Source of the DNA: Centroscyllium fabricii | Taxonomy: Eukaryota | Direction of reading: 5' to 3' | Length of the DNA stretch: 64,000 bases | NCBI GenBank assembly: GCA_051313645.2 | Contig: JBNRSN020000018.1 | Location: 55,304,001-55,368,000 of the forward strand | Shown: one piece after another, positions 23,120 through 36,200 of the stretch | Layout of the letters: each line of letters begins with the position of its first letter | Numbering within the stretch: position 1 is the first letter of the stretch | The notes under the pieces: generated by a model | What the model was told of the DNA's origin: nothing | Databases searched by the model: none | What the model saw: the letters and a program-made list of their open reading frames with translations, nothing else | Translations under genes and position numbers: made by a program

Positions 23120-23405
23120 CAGGAAACTCTCGTTTAAATGGCACCTAAATATCCGGAATTCTCTATTAACCTGCAAAATTCAGGAGTAGGTTTAGGTAAG
23201 TCCTGCATGTGTGGCTGTGTAATCGGGTTGCTGCATGTGTTGCTAAGCAACAGGGAAGCCTGGATTTCGTTGCACATGTTGCTAAGCAACAGGGAAGCCC
23301 GAGTTTCTTGCCTCTTGTAACTTTTAACAATACCTCTCTGTAATCCGGACTTTTTGATAAACCGGCACCACGCTGGTCTCGTCGGTGCCGGATAAGAGTT
23401 TCCTG
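23120..23405. mobile_element. Tigger/pogo-like MITE, 286 bp
   Basis: TIRs CAGGAAACTCT...GGCACC; right flank TA, left flank TG (probably a mutated TA). Confidence 0.75.
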
Positions 23406-24228
23406 TATTAGGAGATTGTTTTACAATAACAATAGTTTTAATCATTTGGATATAAACAGATATGTGGAGAAATAGTTCATGTACAAGTTTAGACAAAATG
23501 CAATATCTTGCACACAATTGACACTTCTGAAACATTAATTAACTTGACAAAGGAAAAATATGTCGTCTTTTAGCAGCATTTTACCATTTTGCATTCATAA
23601 CAACTGACAACTAGTTGAATTCCTACCAAAAAAATCAGAACTACTAAATAGTGCTGAGCGAGCACCCTTTATGTACTAGAGTGGTTGACTAGTTTTAATC
23701 GAGCTCTGATCATTTTAATGCAAGTAATTGACCTCGTGTCCCATTGCTCGTGAAGTCCGGACTGGCTATGTTTAGCTGCTGACCGAGCCTTCCTTTTTAA
23801 GGCCACACTGTTCAGGTGCTTCCTGTGAGGAAGTGGTGTAAAGAGGCAGGCCAGGTCCTGAAGTTAATGGCAGTTTGATTGCTGTTTGGTGAAAAGGGCG
23901 TATAGATTGCTAGATGCATGTACATTTCTGACTGCAGGTCAGAAATAAAAACAGCAATTATTTTTCTCATTTATTTTGATACTTGAGTGTGAAGAAACTT
24001 CTACGAACTTTTATTTGACAGATTACCTAAACAATCAATTTTTACGAATACATTTTCTCCGTGTATAAATTATGTTTAGAACAGTTCATTGCAAGAGGTA
24101 CTGTTACAGGACTTCTCTCATCGCATATGGGTTCCAGTGTGAGGCACTTGATTGGTAGTGTTTAAAGACATAAAAGCGTAAGAATTAGGAGTAGGCCATA
24201 CAGCCTTTCGGGCCTGCTCCGCCATTCA

Positions 24229-27200
24229 TAGAAACATAGAAGATAGGAGCAGGAGTAGCCCATTCGGCCCTTCGAGCCTGCTCCGCCATTCAATTAGATC
24301 ATGACTGATCTTTCAGATTCAGTACCCTGTCCCTGCCTTCTCCCCATATCCCTTGATCCCTTCAGCCTGAAGAAATATATCCAACTCCTTCTTGAATATA
24401 TTCAATGAACCGACCTCCACCGCCCTCTGTGGCAGAGAATTCCACAGGTTCACCACTCTGGGTGAATAAGTTCCCCCTCATCTCAGTCCTAAATGGCTTT
24501 CCCCTTATCCTTAGACTATGGCCCTGGTTCTGGACTCCTCGACCATCGGGAACATCATTCCTGCATCCAGTCTGGCCAGGCCTGACAGAATTTTATAGGT
24601 TTCGATGAGATCCCCTCTCAATCGTCTGAACTCCAGTGAGTATAAGCCCAATCGACTCAATCTCTCCCCATATGTCATTCCTGCAATCCCAGGTATCAGC
24701 CTGGTGAATCTTCGCTGCACTCCTTCCATGGCAAGAACATCCTTCCTCAGATGAGGCGACCACAATACTCGAGATGTGGTCTCACCAAGGTCCTGTAGAG
24801 CTGCAGCAAGACATCCTTGTTCTTGTATTCAAACCCTCTTGCTACGAAGGCCAACATACCATTTTCCTTCTTTACTGCCTGTTGCACCTGCATGCTTGCC
24901 TTCAGTGAAAGGTGCACAAGAACACCCAGGTCTCTTTGCACTTCCCCATCTCCCAATCTATTGCCATTCAAATAATAATCTGCCCTCCTGTTTTTGCCAC
25001 CAAAGTGGATAACCTCACATTTATCCACATTGAAGTGCATTTGCCATGTATCAGCCCAATCCCCCAACCTGTCCAAATCACATTGGAGTTTCTCGACATC
25101 CACCTCACAGCATACCCTCCCACCCAGCTTTGTCGTCTGCAAATTTGGAGATATTACATCCAATTCACTCGTCCAGATCAGTAATATATATTGTGAACAG
25201 CTGGGGTCCCAGGACCGATTCTTGCGGTACCCCACTAGTCACTGCCTGCCACTCGGAAAATGACCCGTTTATTCCAACTGTCTGTTTTCTATCTGCCAAC
25301 CAGTTCTCTATACAAGTCAATACCTTGCCCCCAATCCCATGAGCCTTAATTTTGCACGCTAATCTCTTATGAGGGACCTTATCGAAAGCTTTCTGAGAGT
25401 CCAAATACACGTCTACTGGTTCTCCCCCATCTATTTTACCAGTTACATGCTCTCAAAATTCCAGTCGATTTAGTCAAGCACGATTTACCTTTTGTAAATC
25501 CATGTTGACTCTGTCCGATCCCGTTACTGTTTTTCAAGTGTACTGCTATTACATCTTTAATAATGGACTGTAGCATTTTCCCCACTACCGATGTCAGGCT
25601 TACTGGTCTATAATTCCCCGCTTTTTCTCTACCCCCTTTTTTGAGTAGTGGGGTAACATTAGCCACCCTCTAATCCATGCGTACTGTTGCATAGTCTATC
25701 GAGTTCTGGAAGATGATCAGCAATGCATCTGCTATCTCCAGTGCCACTTCCTTAAGTACCCTAGGATGTAGATTATCAGGGCCTGGGGATTTGTCGGCCT
25801 TTAATCCCTTCAACTTCCCCAACACCATATCCCTACAAATACTGATTTCTATCAGTTCCTCCCTCTCATTAGTCCCTATGTTTCCCGACATCTCTGGGAG
25901 GTTATTTGTGTCCTCCTTTGTGAAGACAGAACCAAAATATGTATTTAATTGGTCTGCCATTTCCTTGTTACCCATTATATATTCCCCTGATTCGGACTGC
26001 AAGGGACCGACGCTTGATTTCACCAATCTTTTCCTCTTAATATATCTATAAAAGCTTTTGCAGTCAGTCAGTTTTTATGTTTGCCGCAAGCTTACTTTCA
26101 AAATCTATTTTTCCCCCTCTTAATGAATCCCTTTGCCCTCCTTTGCTGTATCCTAAACTGCTCCCAATCCTCAGGTCTGTTGCTTTTTTTGGCCAATTTA
26201 AATGCCCTCTCTGGATTTTATGTTACCTCTAATTTCCCTTGTTATCCACGGTTGAGTCACCTTTTTGGGTTTATTTTCATGCTAAAGTGGTATAAACAAG
26301 TTCTGTAATTCTTCCATTCGATCTTGTCCATCCACTGTCAACCCCCCCCCGAGCGACATCACCCAATCAATCCTACCCAACTCGCGTCTCATACCATCGT
26401 AGTTCCCTTTACTTAAATTCAGGACCTTAGTCTCTGAGTCAATTTCTTCGCTCTCCATCTTAAGTGAGAATTCGATCATATGATCGGTCTGACCCAAGGG
26501 GCCTTGTACAACAAGATTGCCAATTAATCTTTTCTCATTGCATAATACCCAGTCTAAGATGGCCCGATCCCGAGTTGGTTCCTTGACATATTGGTCCAGG
26601 AAACCGTCTCATATACATTCTATGAATTTCTCCTCCACAGTATTTTGACTAATTTGGCTAGCCCAATCTATATGTAAATTAAAGTCACCCATGATGACAG
26701 CTGTGCCCTTACTACATGCTTCTCTGATTTCCCTTCTAATGACTTCCCCAACCTTCGTATTACTGTTGGAGGTCTATATACCACTCCCACTAATGTTTTC
26801 TGCCCCTTGCTATTTCTCAGTTCTACCCATACAGATTCCACATTATCAGAATTAATATCCTTCATTGTGTTAATCCCCTCTTTAACCAGCAATGCTACCC
26901 CACCTCCCTTTTTCTGCCTATCCTTCCTAAATATTGAATACCTCTGAATGTCGAGTTCCCAGCCTTGGCCACCCTAGAGCCATGTTTCTGTAATCCCAAT
27001 CAAATCGGGGCGGCACGGTGGCATAGTGGTTAGCACTGTTGCCTTACAGCACTAGAGACCCAGGTTCAAATCCAGCCTCGGGTACTATCTGTGTGGAGTT
27101 TGCACATTCTCCCCGTGTCTGCGTGGGTTTCCACCGGGTGCTCCGGTTTCCTCCCACAGTCCAAAGATGTGCGGGTTAGGTTGATTGGCCAGGATAAATT

Positions 27201-27701
27201 GACCCTTAGTGTTAGGGGGATTGAATATGTGGGGTTACGGGGATAGGGTAGGATATGTGTCGGTGTAGGCTCGATAGGGATCGAGGGATGTGGGGAGAAG
27301 GCAGGGACGGGGTGCTGGGTTTGGATGATCAGCCATGATCTCATTGAATGGCGGAGCAGGCTCGAAGGGCCAAATGGCCTACTCCTGCTCCTATCTTCTA
27401 TGTATTCGTTTACCTCTCTTTCCGCAGCTAATTCATCTACCTTGTTCTGAATGCTCCTTGTATTAAGACACAAAGCCTTCAGGCTTGTTTTTTTCACGCT
27501 CTCAGACCTATATGAATGAATATCTCCTGTGACCATGTTCGATTTAACCCATTGATTTCTCTGCCTTCTAATTTTGTTTTTCTCCTTTCTATCTTTTGCT
27601 TTTATTCTTGTTTCCCTCTCTGTCTCCCTGCTCAGGTTCCCAACCCCCTGCCACTTTAGTTTAAATCCTCCCCAACAGCATGAGCAAACCCCCCCCCGGG
27701 A
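24229..27701 (-). mobile_element. CR1 LINE with near-complete degenerate ORF2 (APE + RT)
   Basis: Fragments [51 protein letters not shown]; TSD CATTCA at 24223-24228 and 27702-27707. Confidence 0.9.
27007..27402 (+). mobile_element. HE1-type V-SINE inserted in the CR1 endonuclease region
   Basis: Same head, V-domain and tail as 14677; interrupts the CR1 frame. Confidence 0.9.
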
Positions 27702-28557
27702 CATTCAGTAAGATCATGGCTGATCTTCGATCTCAACTCCACTGTCCTGCCCAATTTTTATATCCCTCGATTTCCCCTAGAGTCGAAAAATGTATCTGTC
27801 TCAGCCTTGAATATACTTGGGGACTCAGCATCCACCGGTAGAAAATTCCAAATATTCCCCTCCGAGTGAAGAATTTCCTCCTCCTCTCCTAAATGGCCAA
27901 CCCCTTATCCTGAGACTATAACCCCTAATTTGAGACTCTGCAGCCAGGGGAAACAACCTTTCAGCATCTACCCTGTCAATCCCTTTCATAATCTTATGTT
28001 TCAATGAGATCACCTGTCATTCATCTAAACTCCAGAGAGTATAGACACAATCTCTTCTCGTAGAACAGCCCTCTCATCCCAGGAATCAATCTAGTGAACC
28101 TTCATTGCACCCACTCCTAAGGCAAGTATATCCTTCCTTAGGTATGGAGACCAAAGCTGTACACAGTACGCCAGGTGTGGTCTCACCAAAGCCCTGTACA
28201 ATTGCAGCAAGACTTCCTTAATCTTGTACTCCAAACCTCTTGCAATAAAGGCCAACATGCCATTTGCTTTCCTAATTGGCTTGCTGTACCTACATGTTAA
28301 CTTTGTATTTCATGTACAAGGACAATGTTTGACAGCACATTAACAGAAACTTTACATAAAAACTGGATAAAAGAGCCAAGTGGCTACCCTTGTGTGTTAG
28401 TTGGTATGATTGCACTAGAGTGAGTGTGAGGGGTGGCCAGTGCGATGGGGATGTGATAATACACACAGGGAGGGAGGGATGGGTGGACGTCCAAGGTAAG
28501 TTGTAAGGATGTGCAGGAGTAGGATAGGGAAGGCAAAGTGATGGGGAAGTGATGAGG

Positions 28558-30402
28558 CACAGGATTACAATGGCCAGTAAAATCAAGGAAAACCCTAAGG
28601 CTTTTTATGGTTATATAAAAAACAAAAGGATCACGAGGGAAAGAGTGGGGCCCATTAGGGACGATAGCGGAAAGCTGTGCGTCGAGCCTGAGGAGGTGGG
28701 GGAGGTACTAAATGAATTCTTCTCTTCAGTATTCACAAAAGAGAGGGACGATACCGACATCGAAATCGGGCAGAGTGTAGGGGGGGTAATCAAGGATATT
28801 ACCACTACAAGGGAAGAAGTTTTAGAAATCTTGGGAGGCTTAAAGGTGGACAAATCACCAGGGCCGGACGCAATGTTCCCCAGGCTGCTGTTCGAGGCCA
28901 GGGAAGAGCTTGCGGGCCCCCTGTCTCAAATCTTCAGGACCTCCCTCGCGTCAGGGGATGTACCTGAGGACTGGAGAACGGCTAATGTAGTACCCCTGTT
29001 TAAAAAGGGTAGTAGGGACAAACCGGGTAACTATAGGCCAATCAGCCTTACATCTGTAGTAGGGAAAGTAATGGAAAAAATTCTGAGGGACAAAATCAGC
29101 TCGCATTTGGACAAACAAGGTCTCATAAGGGACAGTCAGCATGGCTTCGTCAAAGGTAAGTCGTGCCTGACTAACCTGTTGGAATTCTTTGAGGAGGTAA
29201 CAAAGAGGGTGGATGAAGGGAGTACTGTGGACGTAGTGTATATGGACTTTAGCAAAGCTTTTGATAAAGTCCCACATAGGAGACTAATAACAAAGGTTAG
29301 AGCGCACGGGATTCAGGGCAACTTGGCACAGTGGATCGAAAATTGGCTGGGGGATAGGAGACAGAGGGTAATGGTGGAGGGCTGCTTCTGTGACTGGAAA
29401 CCAGTAACCAGTGGTGTCCCCCAGGGATCGGTTTTGGGACCCTTACTGTTTCTAGTATACATCAACGATTTGGATATGGGAGTAGGGGGTATGATCAGCA
29501 AATTCGCTGATGATACGAAAATCGGAAGGGTGGTAAACAACGATGAGGATAGTAAGGGGCTTCAGGAGGATATAGATCTAATGGTTAATTGGGCAGAAAA
29601 ATGGCAAATGGAGTTCAACCCAGAGAAATGCGAGGTCATTCAATTCGGTAGACCAAATGGGGTAAGGGAATATACCATGAACAACAAAACGTTAAATAGG
29701 ACCGAGGAACAGAGGGACCTAGGGGTACAGGTGCACAGCTCCCTTAAGGTTGCTGGACACGTTAACAAGGTGGTTAAGAAGGCATACGGAATTCTGGCCT
29801 TTATTAACCAGGGCATAGTATACAAAAGTAGGGAGGTAATGTTAAACCTGTATAATACACTGGTGAGACCCCAGCTGGAGTACTGTGTGCAGTTCTGGTC
29901 ACCGCACTTCAGGAAGGACGTGGTTGCCCTGGAAAGGGTGCAGAGAAGGTTTACCAGGATGATACCTGGTCTGGGGGACTTATGCTACGAAGAGAGGCTG
30001 GACAGGCTGGGGTTGTTTGCCCTGGAGAAGAGAAGGTGGAGGGGGGACATGATTGAGGTCTACAAGATCATGAGAGGACACGATAGGGTAGATAAAGGGG
30101 CATTGTTTCCATTGGTGGGAGAGTCAAGTACTAGGGGACATAGATTCAAGATTAGGGGAGGGAGGTTTAGGGGGGAGGTAAGGAGAAATTTCTTTACCCA
30201 GAGGGTGGTGGAAGTCTGGAACCATCGCAACATTTAAAAAATATTTGGACCAGCACATGAAGGACCATAACATACAGGGTTATGGGCCAAGTGCGGGCAA
30301 ATGGGGTTAGTATAGCGAGGAGATTCCTGGGCCGGTGCGGACTGGATGGGCCGAATGGCCCTTATCCGCACTGTAAAAATTTCTATGATTTCTATGATTT
30401 CT
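28558..30402 (+). mobile_element. Young 5'-truncated CR1 with a 562-aa uninterrupted RT frame
   Basis: ORF 28549..30237 (NYRPISLTS, DFSKAFD, GVPQGSVLGP, KFADD); (TTTCTATGA)3 tail; probable TSD ATGAGG. Confidence 0.95.
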
Positions 30403-30448
30403 ATGAGGAGGATGAAGTTGAATGTGACTTTGCACTAATGTTTCATGA

Positions 30449-30662
30449 TCTTATGTGATCATTGAAAGGTTTGCGCCACTTGCACCCAGGTCCTCCTGAC
30501 GACATCCCTGCTTGTGCCCTCGACTGCAATGTTCAACCAGGCTGTGACGGTCTCCTGGGGAGGTTTCGTCTGCCCATGGGAAGGGACGAGGACCTCCCTG
30601 TGTGCTGTGACTCCCTCCATAAGCATATGGAGGAGTCATGGGAGAACCTGGGTGCAGCCCTG
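30449..30662 (-). pseudogene. Myb/SANT-like DNA-binding domain (Harbinger ORF1 / MSANTD-NAIF1-like), two frameshifts
   Basis: Manual translation: RAAPRFSHDS/LHMLMEGVTAHREVLVPSHGQTKPPQETVTAWLNIAVEGTSRDVVRRTWVQ/WRKPFNDHIRS. Confidence 0.72.
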
Positions 30663-32571
30663 CACCTTTTGTGCAGTGATCGTCCGTGTTTGCAGCACTC
30701 CAATGCTGTGGAACACTGATAGCACAAATGTCAAAAGAAAGTTGGCCAAGGTCCCTTTAAGGAAACCAGCTGATGATGCGTCATGAATGATGTCACCAGA
30801 CCCACGTCCTCTAATTGGACCGGGAAACACGCTGGGCAGGCTTAACAAGCCCCAGCAACGTAAGTTCCTTTTAGGTAGCGGGATGGAGTCCGCAGCAGGG
30901 CCGCGACCTGCCGAGGTAAGGAAAATTCCGGCCTTTGTGTCCTCCTCACACCTTACTTTCCTACTTAGTTTTGTATTATCAGCAAACTTGGATACATTGC
31001 ACTCGGTCCCTTCGTTTAAGTCATTGATCTAGATTGTAAATAGCTGAGACCCCAGCACTGATCCTTGCAACACCCCACTAGTAACAGGCTGCCAACCTGA
31101 AAATGACCCGTTTATTCCTACTCTTTGTTTTCTGTCCTTTAACCAATCCTCTCTCCATGCTAATATATTACCCCCCCCACCCCCAACCCCATGAGCCCTT
31201 ATCTTGTTTAACAACCTTTCGTGTGGCACTTTGCCTTTTGAAAATCCAAATATACTACATCCACTGGTTCCCCTTTATCTACCCTGCTAGTTACAGCCTC
31301 AAAAAAATAATAGATTTGTCAAACACTAGTTCCCTTTCATAAAACCATGTTGACTCTGCCTAATCATATGGTTTTCTAAGTGCCCTATTACCGCTTCCTT
31401 AATGATGTACTCTAGCATTTTCCTGATAACTGATGTCGGGCTAACTGGCCTGTAGTTCCCTGTTTTCTCTTCCCTCCTTTCTTGAATAGCAGTGTTACAT
31501 TTCCTACCTTCCAAACCACTGGGACCATTCCAGAATCTCGGAAATTTTGAGAGATCACAACCAATACATTCATTATCTCTGCAGCCACCTCTTTTAGAAC
31601 CCTCGGATATGGCCATCAGATCCAGGGGATTTGTCGGCTTTTTCTCCAGTACCTTTTCTTTACTAATGTTAATTACTTTTAAGTTCCTCACTCTCGTTCG
31701 ACCCTTGGGTCCCCATTATTTCTGTTTTTTTGTCTTCTATTGTGAAGACCGACATAAAATATTTGTTTAACATCTCTTCCATTTACTTATTCCCCATTAT
31801 AATTTCTCCTGTTTCAGCCTCTAAGGGACCCACGTTTACTTTTGCTGCTCTTCCTTTTTACATATATGTAGAAACTGTTGCAATCTGTTTTTATATTTCT
31901 TGCTAGTTTACTCTCATTCTATTTTCTCCCTCTTTCAATTTTTTGATCGTCCTTTGCTGGTTTCTAAAACTCTCTCAATCCTCAGGCTTACTACTCTTGG
32001 CAAATTATAAACCTCTTCTTTTAATCTAATACCATCTTTAACCTTTTTAGTTCGCCACGGATGGATCACTTTTTCCCGTGGCAATTTTATTTCTGAGTGG
32101 AATGTATGTTTGTTGAGGATTATGAAATATTTCTTTTAAATGTTCATAATTGCTTATCTACCATCATCCCTTTTAATCTAATTTCCCAATCTAACTTGGC
32201 GAACTCCCCTCTCATACTATGTAATTGGCTTTATTTAAGTTTAGTTTAATTATTTTTCCTCTCTGTGACTTGGCATCATGAATGACCAAGATTACTCTTC
32301 TTGGGATTCTGTGTACCGTATCGCTATCCACGCTGTGCTTTGCTGTGGCTTTGTTGCTTTGGTGAGAAAAGTGCAGTACAAGTGGTGCTGTATGGCAAAG
32401 TGTTGAAGATAAGGTTACCTGCAAGAAATGTCATGCATTTAGTTTCCTTTGCGGCATCACTGCAGGCATTTCAATGCCGATCTTTTTAGGAAGTCTCCTA
32501 TACTGCCATTCTGTTCTCTGCTAATTGGCAAACACTGAGTGGAAAGACATTTCCACCATCTAAAAGACTCA

Positions 32572-33058
32572 CATCAGGAGTGTAATGGAATAATCACCAA
32601 TTACCACGCGTCTAGATGGGTGCATCCATCAGTCTTTGAAGCTTGATGCCATCCATCCAGGACTAAGCTGTCTGTTTGATCAGTGCCCTTGCCACTAAAC
32701 TCAATATCCACTCCCTCCACCTCTGCTGTACTGTGGCTCCAGTACGTACTATTTACAGAATGCTGACTTTGACAGCCTTGTGACCTCTACCATGAAGAAG
32801 GACAAGAACAGCAACATCATGGGAACACCATTAGCTACAAGTTCACCTGCAAGTTGCACAACATCTGGATTTGGACATGTTCTGCTGTTCCTTTATTATT
32901 GCTGAGTCAAAATCTTAGAATAACTTTGTGGTAACACCATAGCCATGGTGACTGCAGTGGTTCAAGTAGAAGGCCCACCACCCGCCTTCTCTGAACAGCG
33001 AGGGATGTGCAAAAAAAAAACCCTATTGCTAGCCGGCGAGACTCAGTGGATGAAAACA
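32572..33058 (+). mobile_element. Degenerate copy of the 5365-type LINE 3' end
   Basis: CAATATCCACTCCCTCCACC...GGTTCAAGTAGAAGGCCCACCAC, similar to 5365-5781. Confidence 0.65.
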
Positions 33059-33289
33059 AGATCAGGCTCAAATAGAATACGAGTAAAACTGGCAAACCAA
33101 TAAAATTAGCAGTAAGAAACTTGCTCCCCCCTATTTTTCTTCCCCATCAACATAATAGTAGATTAATAGAATAGGCTGCCTTCAAAAACCTTTGACACTG
33201 CACTGATTTTAACCCATTTAAAGTTCTGGTTGAATATCTAGTTATAAACGCAATTAACGATTGTAATCAGTACAGGTATCCAAAACACT

Positions 33290-36200
33290 ATTTGGAGAGA
33301 GAGGGAGTATAATCCCTGGCATAGAGCACAGAGCGGGATGAAAACGGAGTGTACTTAAACAAGAGTGTTTTATTTGGAAAGAGTGGGAATTCGGAGAAGA
33401 GGGGGAAGGAGTTGCAGCTTGTGGGAGTTTACGGAGAGCATTGTGATCCCGGACAACCACGTTTGCAGTAAGTGCCTGCATCGTGAACTTCAGCTCAAAG
33501 ATTTTGAGTTGGAGTCTGAGGTGCAGACATTGTGGGTCATCAAGGAGGTGGAGAGTTACCTGGACATTTTGACCCAGGAGGCAGCCACATCCCTTCGGTT
33601 AGGTAGTAGTACAGGCCTGGTTAGTGGTCAGGGACAGGAGGGTGTGACTGCAACTCAGGCAGGTAAGGGGACCCCAGGTGCAGTGCTGGAGGAGCCTCAG
33701 CCTTGGCCCTTGTACAACAGGTATGAGGTTCTTGCTGTCTGTGTGGATGAGGGGAAAGCCTGCAGGATGGATGAACAAGCTGGCTGTGGTGCAGGAGGCC
33801 ATTCATGTGGTGGGAGTGAAAGGGATTTTAGTTGTCGTAGGTGACAGAATAGTCAGGGGTATAGATACTGTTCTCTGCAGCTGCAACCGAGTTCGGAGAT
33901 TGTGTTGCCTGCCCGGTGCCAGGGTTAAAGACATCTCCTTGCGGCTGGAGGAGAACCTGGAGTGGGAAGGGGTGGTCCATGTAGGAACCAACAACGTAGG
34001 TAGAACTAGGAGTGAGGTTCTGCTGAGGGAGTTTGAGGAGCTCGGATCCAAATAATAAAAAACAGAACCTCAAAGGTAATCATCTCTGGATTGTTACCCG
34101 AGCCATGCCCAAATTAGCATAGGGGCAAACTGATTAGAGGTTTACATGTGTGGCTCAAAGAGTGGTGTGGGAGGAAGGGGTTTCAGTTCTTGGGGCACTG
34201 GCACCAGTACTGGGGAAAAGAGGGAGCTGTTCCATTGGGGCGGGCACCACTTAAACCGGGGCTGGGACCAGTGTCCTGGCGAACCGAATAACTAGGGCAG
34301 TAAGCTAATGATGGTGGGGTGGGAGGATTCAGGAGAGAGTAAATTTACAAACAGCGAGACAAAAAGTCGAGGCTCTAGAGCAGAGCCGAGTTTTGGGTAA
34401 GAATATGCAGAGTGGGTCAAGAAGGGATAGAGAGTAACAAAGATAATGAGGCATCAGTGACTACGGTGACGTCAGGGAAAAATAGAAATAAGTCAAAGCT
34501 GAAGGCACTATATCTGAATGTGTGAAGCATTCACAACAAAATAGATGAATTAATAGCACAGATAGAAATGAATAGGTTTGATCTAATAGCCATTACGGAG
34601 ACATGGTTGCAATGTGGTCAAGGTTGGGAACTAAATATTCCAGGATACTTCTCTTTTAGAAGAGATAGGCTAACTGGAAAAGGAGGAGGCGTAGCCTGCT
34701 AATAAAGGATGGGATAAAGACAGTAGAGAGAAAAGATCTTGGCTCTGAAAATGAAGCCGTAGAATCAGTTTGGATGGAGCTAAGAAACAGCAAGGGGCAG
34801 AAAACATTGGTGAGCGTTGTTTATAGCCCCCCCCCCCCCCCCCCAAACAATAGTTGAAATGTAGGGCAGAGTATAAATCAGGAAATTAGATGCACCTGTA
34901 ACGCGGGTAATACGGTGATCGTGGAGGAGTTTAATCTACATATAGACTGGACAAATCAAATTTGCCGTAATAGTGTGAGGACGAATGCAGGGAATATATG
35001 CAAGATAGTTTTCTGGATCAGTATGTTGAGGAACCAACTAGGGAACAGGCTATTTTAGATCTAGTATTGTGCAACGAGAAAGGGTTAATTAACATAGTAG
35101 TAAAGGGGCCTTTATGGAAGAGTGATCATAATATGAAATAATTTTATATTGAGTTTGAAAGTGATTTAGTTAAATCTGAAACTAGGGTCTTAAATCTAAA
35201 CAAAGCAAACTACATAGGTATGAGGGGCAAGTTGGCTAAGGTGGATTGGGAAACAACATTAAAAGGTATGTTGGTAGAGAAGCAATGGATAGCATTTAAA
35301 GAATTAATACATTTACAACAAACACATTCCTTTTAAGGCACAAAAACCCAACAGGAAAAGTGGTCCAACCGTGGCTAACGAGAAGTTAAAGATAGTATTG
35401 GATCAAAGGAAGAGGCTTATAATGCTGCCAAAAAGAATAGTAAGCCTGAGGGTTGGGAGAATTTTAGAATTCAGCAAAGGAGGACCAAGAAATTGATAAA
35501 AGGAAAATAGAATAAGAGAGTAAACTAGTGAGAGACATAACAGACTATAAAAGCTTCTCTAGGTATGTAAAAAGGAAAAGATTAGCGAAAGTAAATGTGG
35601 GTCCCTTACAGGCTGAGACAGGAGAAATTATAAAGGGGAATGAGGAAATGACAGAGAAATTAAACAAATACTTTGTCTGTCTTCATGGAAGATGCAAAAA
35701 ACTTTCTGGAAATAGTGGAGAACCAAGGCTTTAACAAGAATGAAGAACTGAAAGAAATTATTATTAATAATTAAAAAATTACTGGAGAAATTAATGGGAC
35801 TAAAAGCCGATAAATCCCCGGGACCAGATGGCCTACATCCTAAGGTTTTGATAGAGGTGGCTATAGAGATGGTGGATGCGTTGGTTGTCATTTTATAAAA
35901 TTCCATAGAACAGTTCCTGCGGATTGGAAGGTAGCAAATGTAACCCCACTATTTAAGAAAGAAAGGAGGGAGAGAGGCAACAGGGAACGAGACACCAATT
36001 AGCCTGACATCAGTAGTAGGGAAAATGCTAGAATCTATTATTAAGGATGTGGTAACAGGGCACTTAGAAAATAATAGTAGGATTGGGCAGAGTCAACATG
36101 GATTTATGAAAGGGAAATCGTGTTTGACAAATCTATTAGAGGTTTTTGAGGTTCTAACTCACAGAATAGATGAGGGGGAAACCAGTAGATGGGTTGTATT

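Larger units (their letters stand above)
28325..30933 (-). mobile_element. PIF/Harbinger-like transposon relic (5' part), split by a young CR1
   Basis: Terminus GGCCGGAATTTTCC on minus at 30933; Myb/SANT-like pseudo-ORF at ~30449-30662; opposite TIR not found. Confidence 0.65.
24165..32246 (-). mobile_element. Old CR1 (host of the nest): pieces 24165-24228, 27702-28324, 30934-32246
   Basis: Tail, RT C-terminus and RT core are collinear once the inserts are removed; many frameshifts. Confidence 0.8.

Noticed and set aside
27066-27704. 212-aa ORF as a novel gene
   Set aside because: Chimera of CR1 sequence and an antisense HE1 SINE.
28549-30237. Host gene or retron-like reverse transcriptase
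   Set aside because: Typical CR1 ORF2 fragment with CR1 tail and TSD; the apparent start Met comes from flanking sequence.
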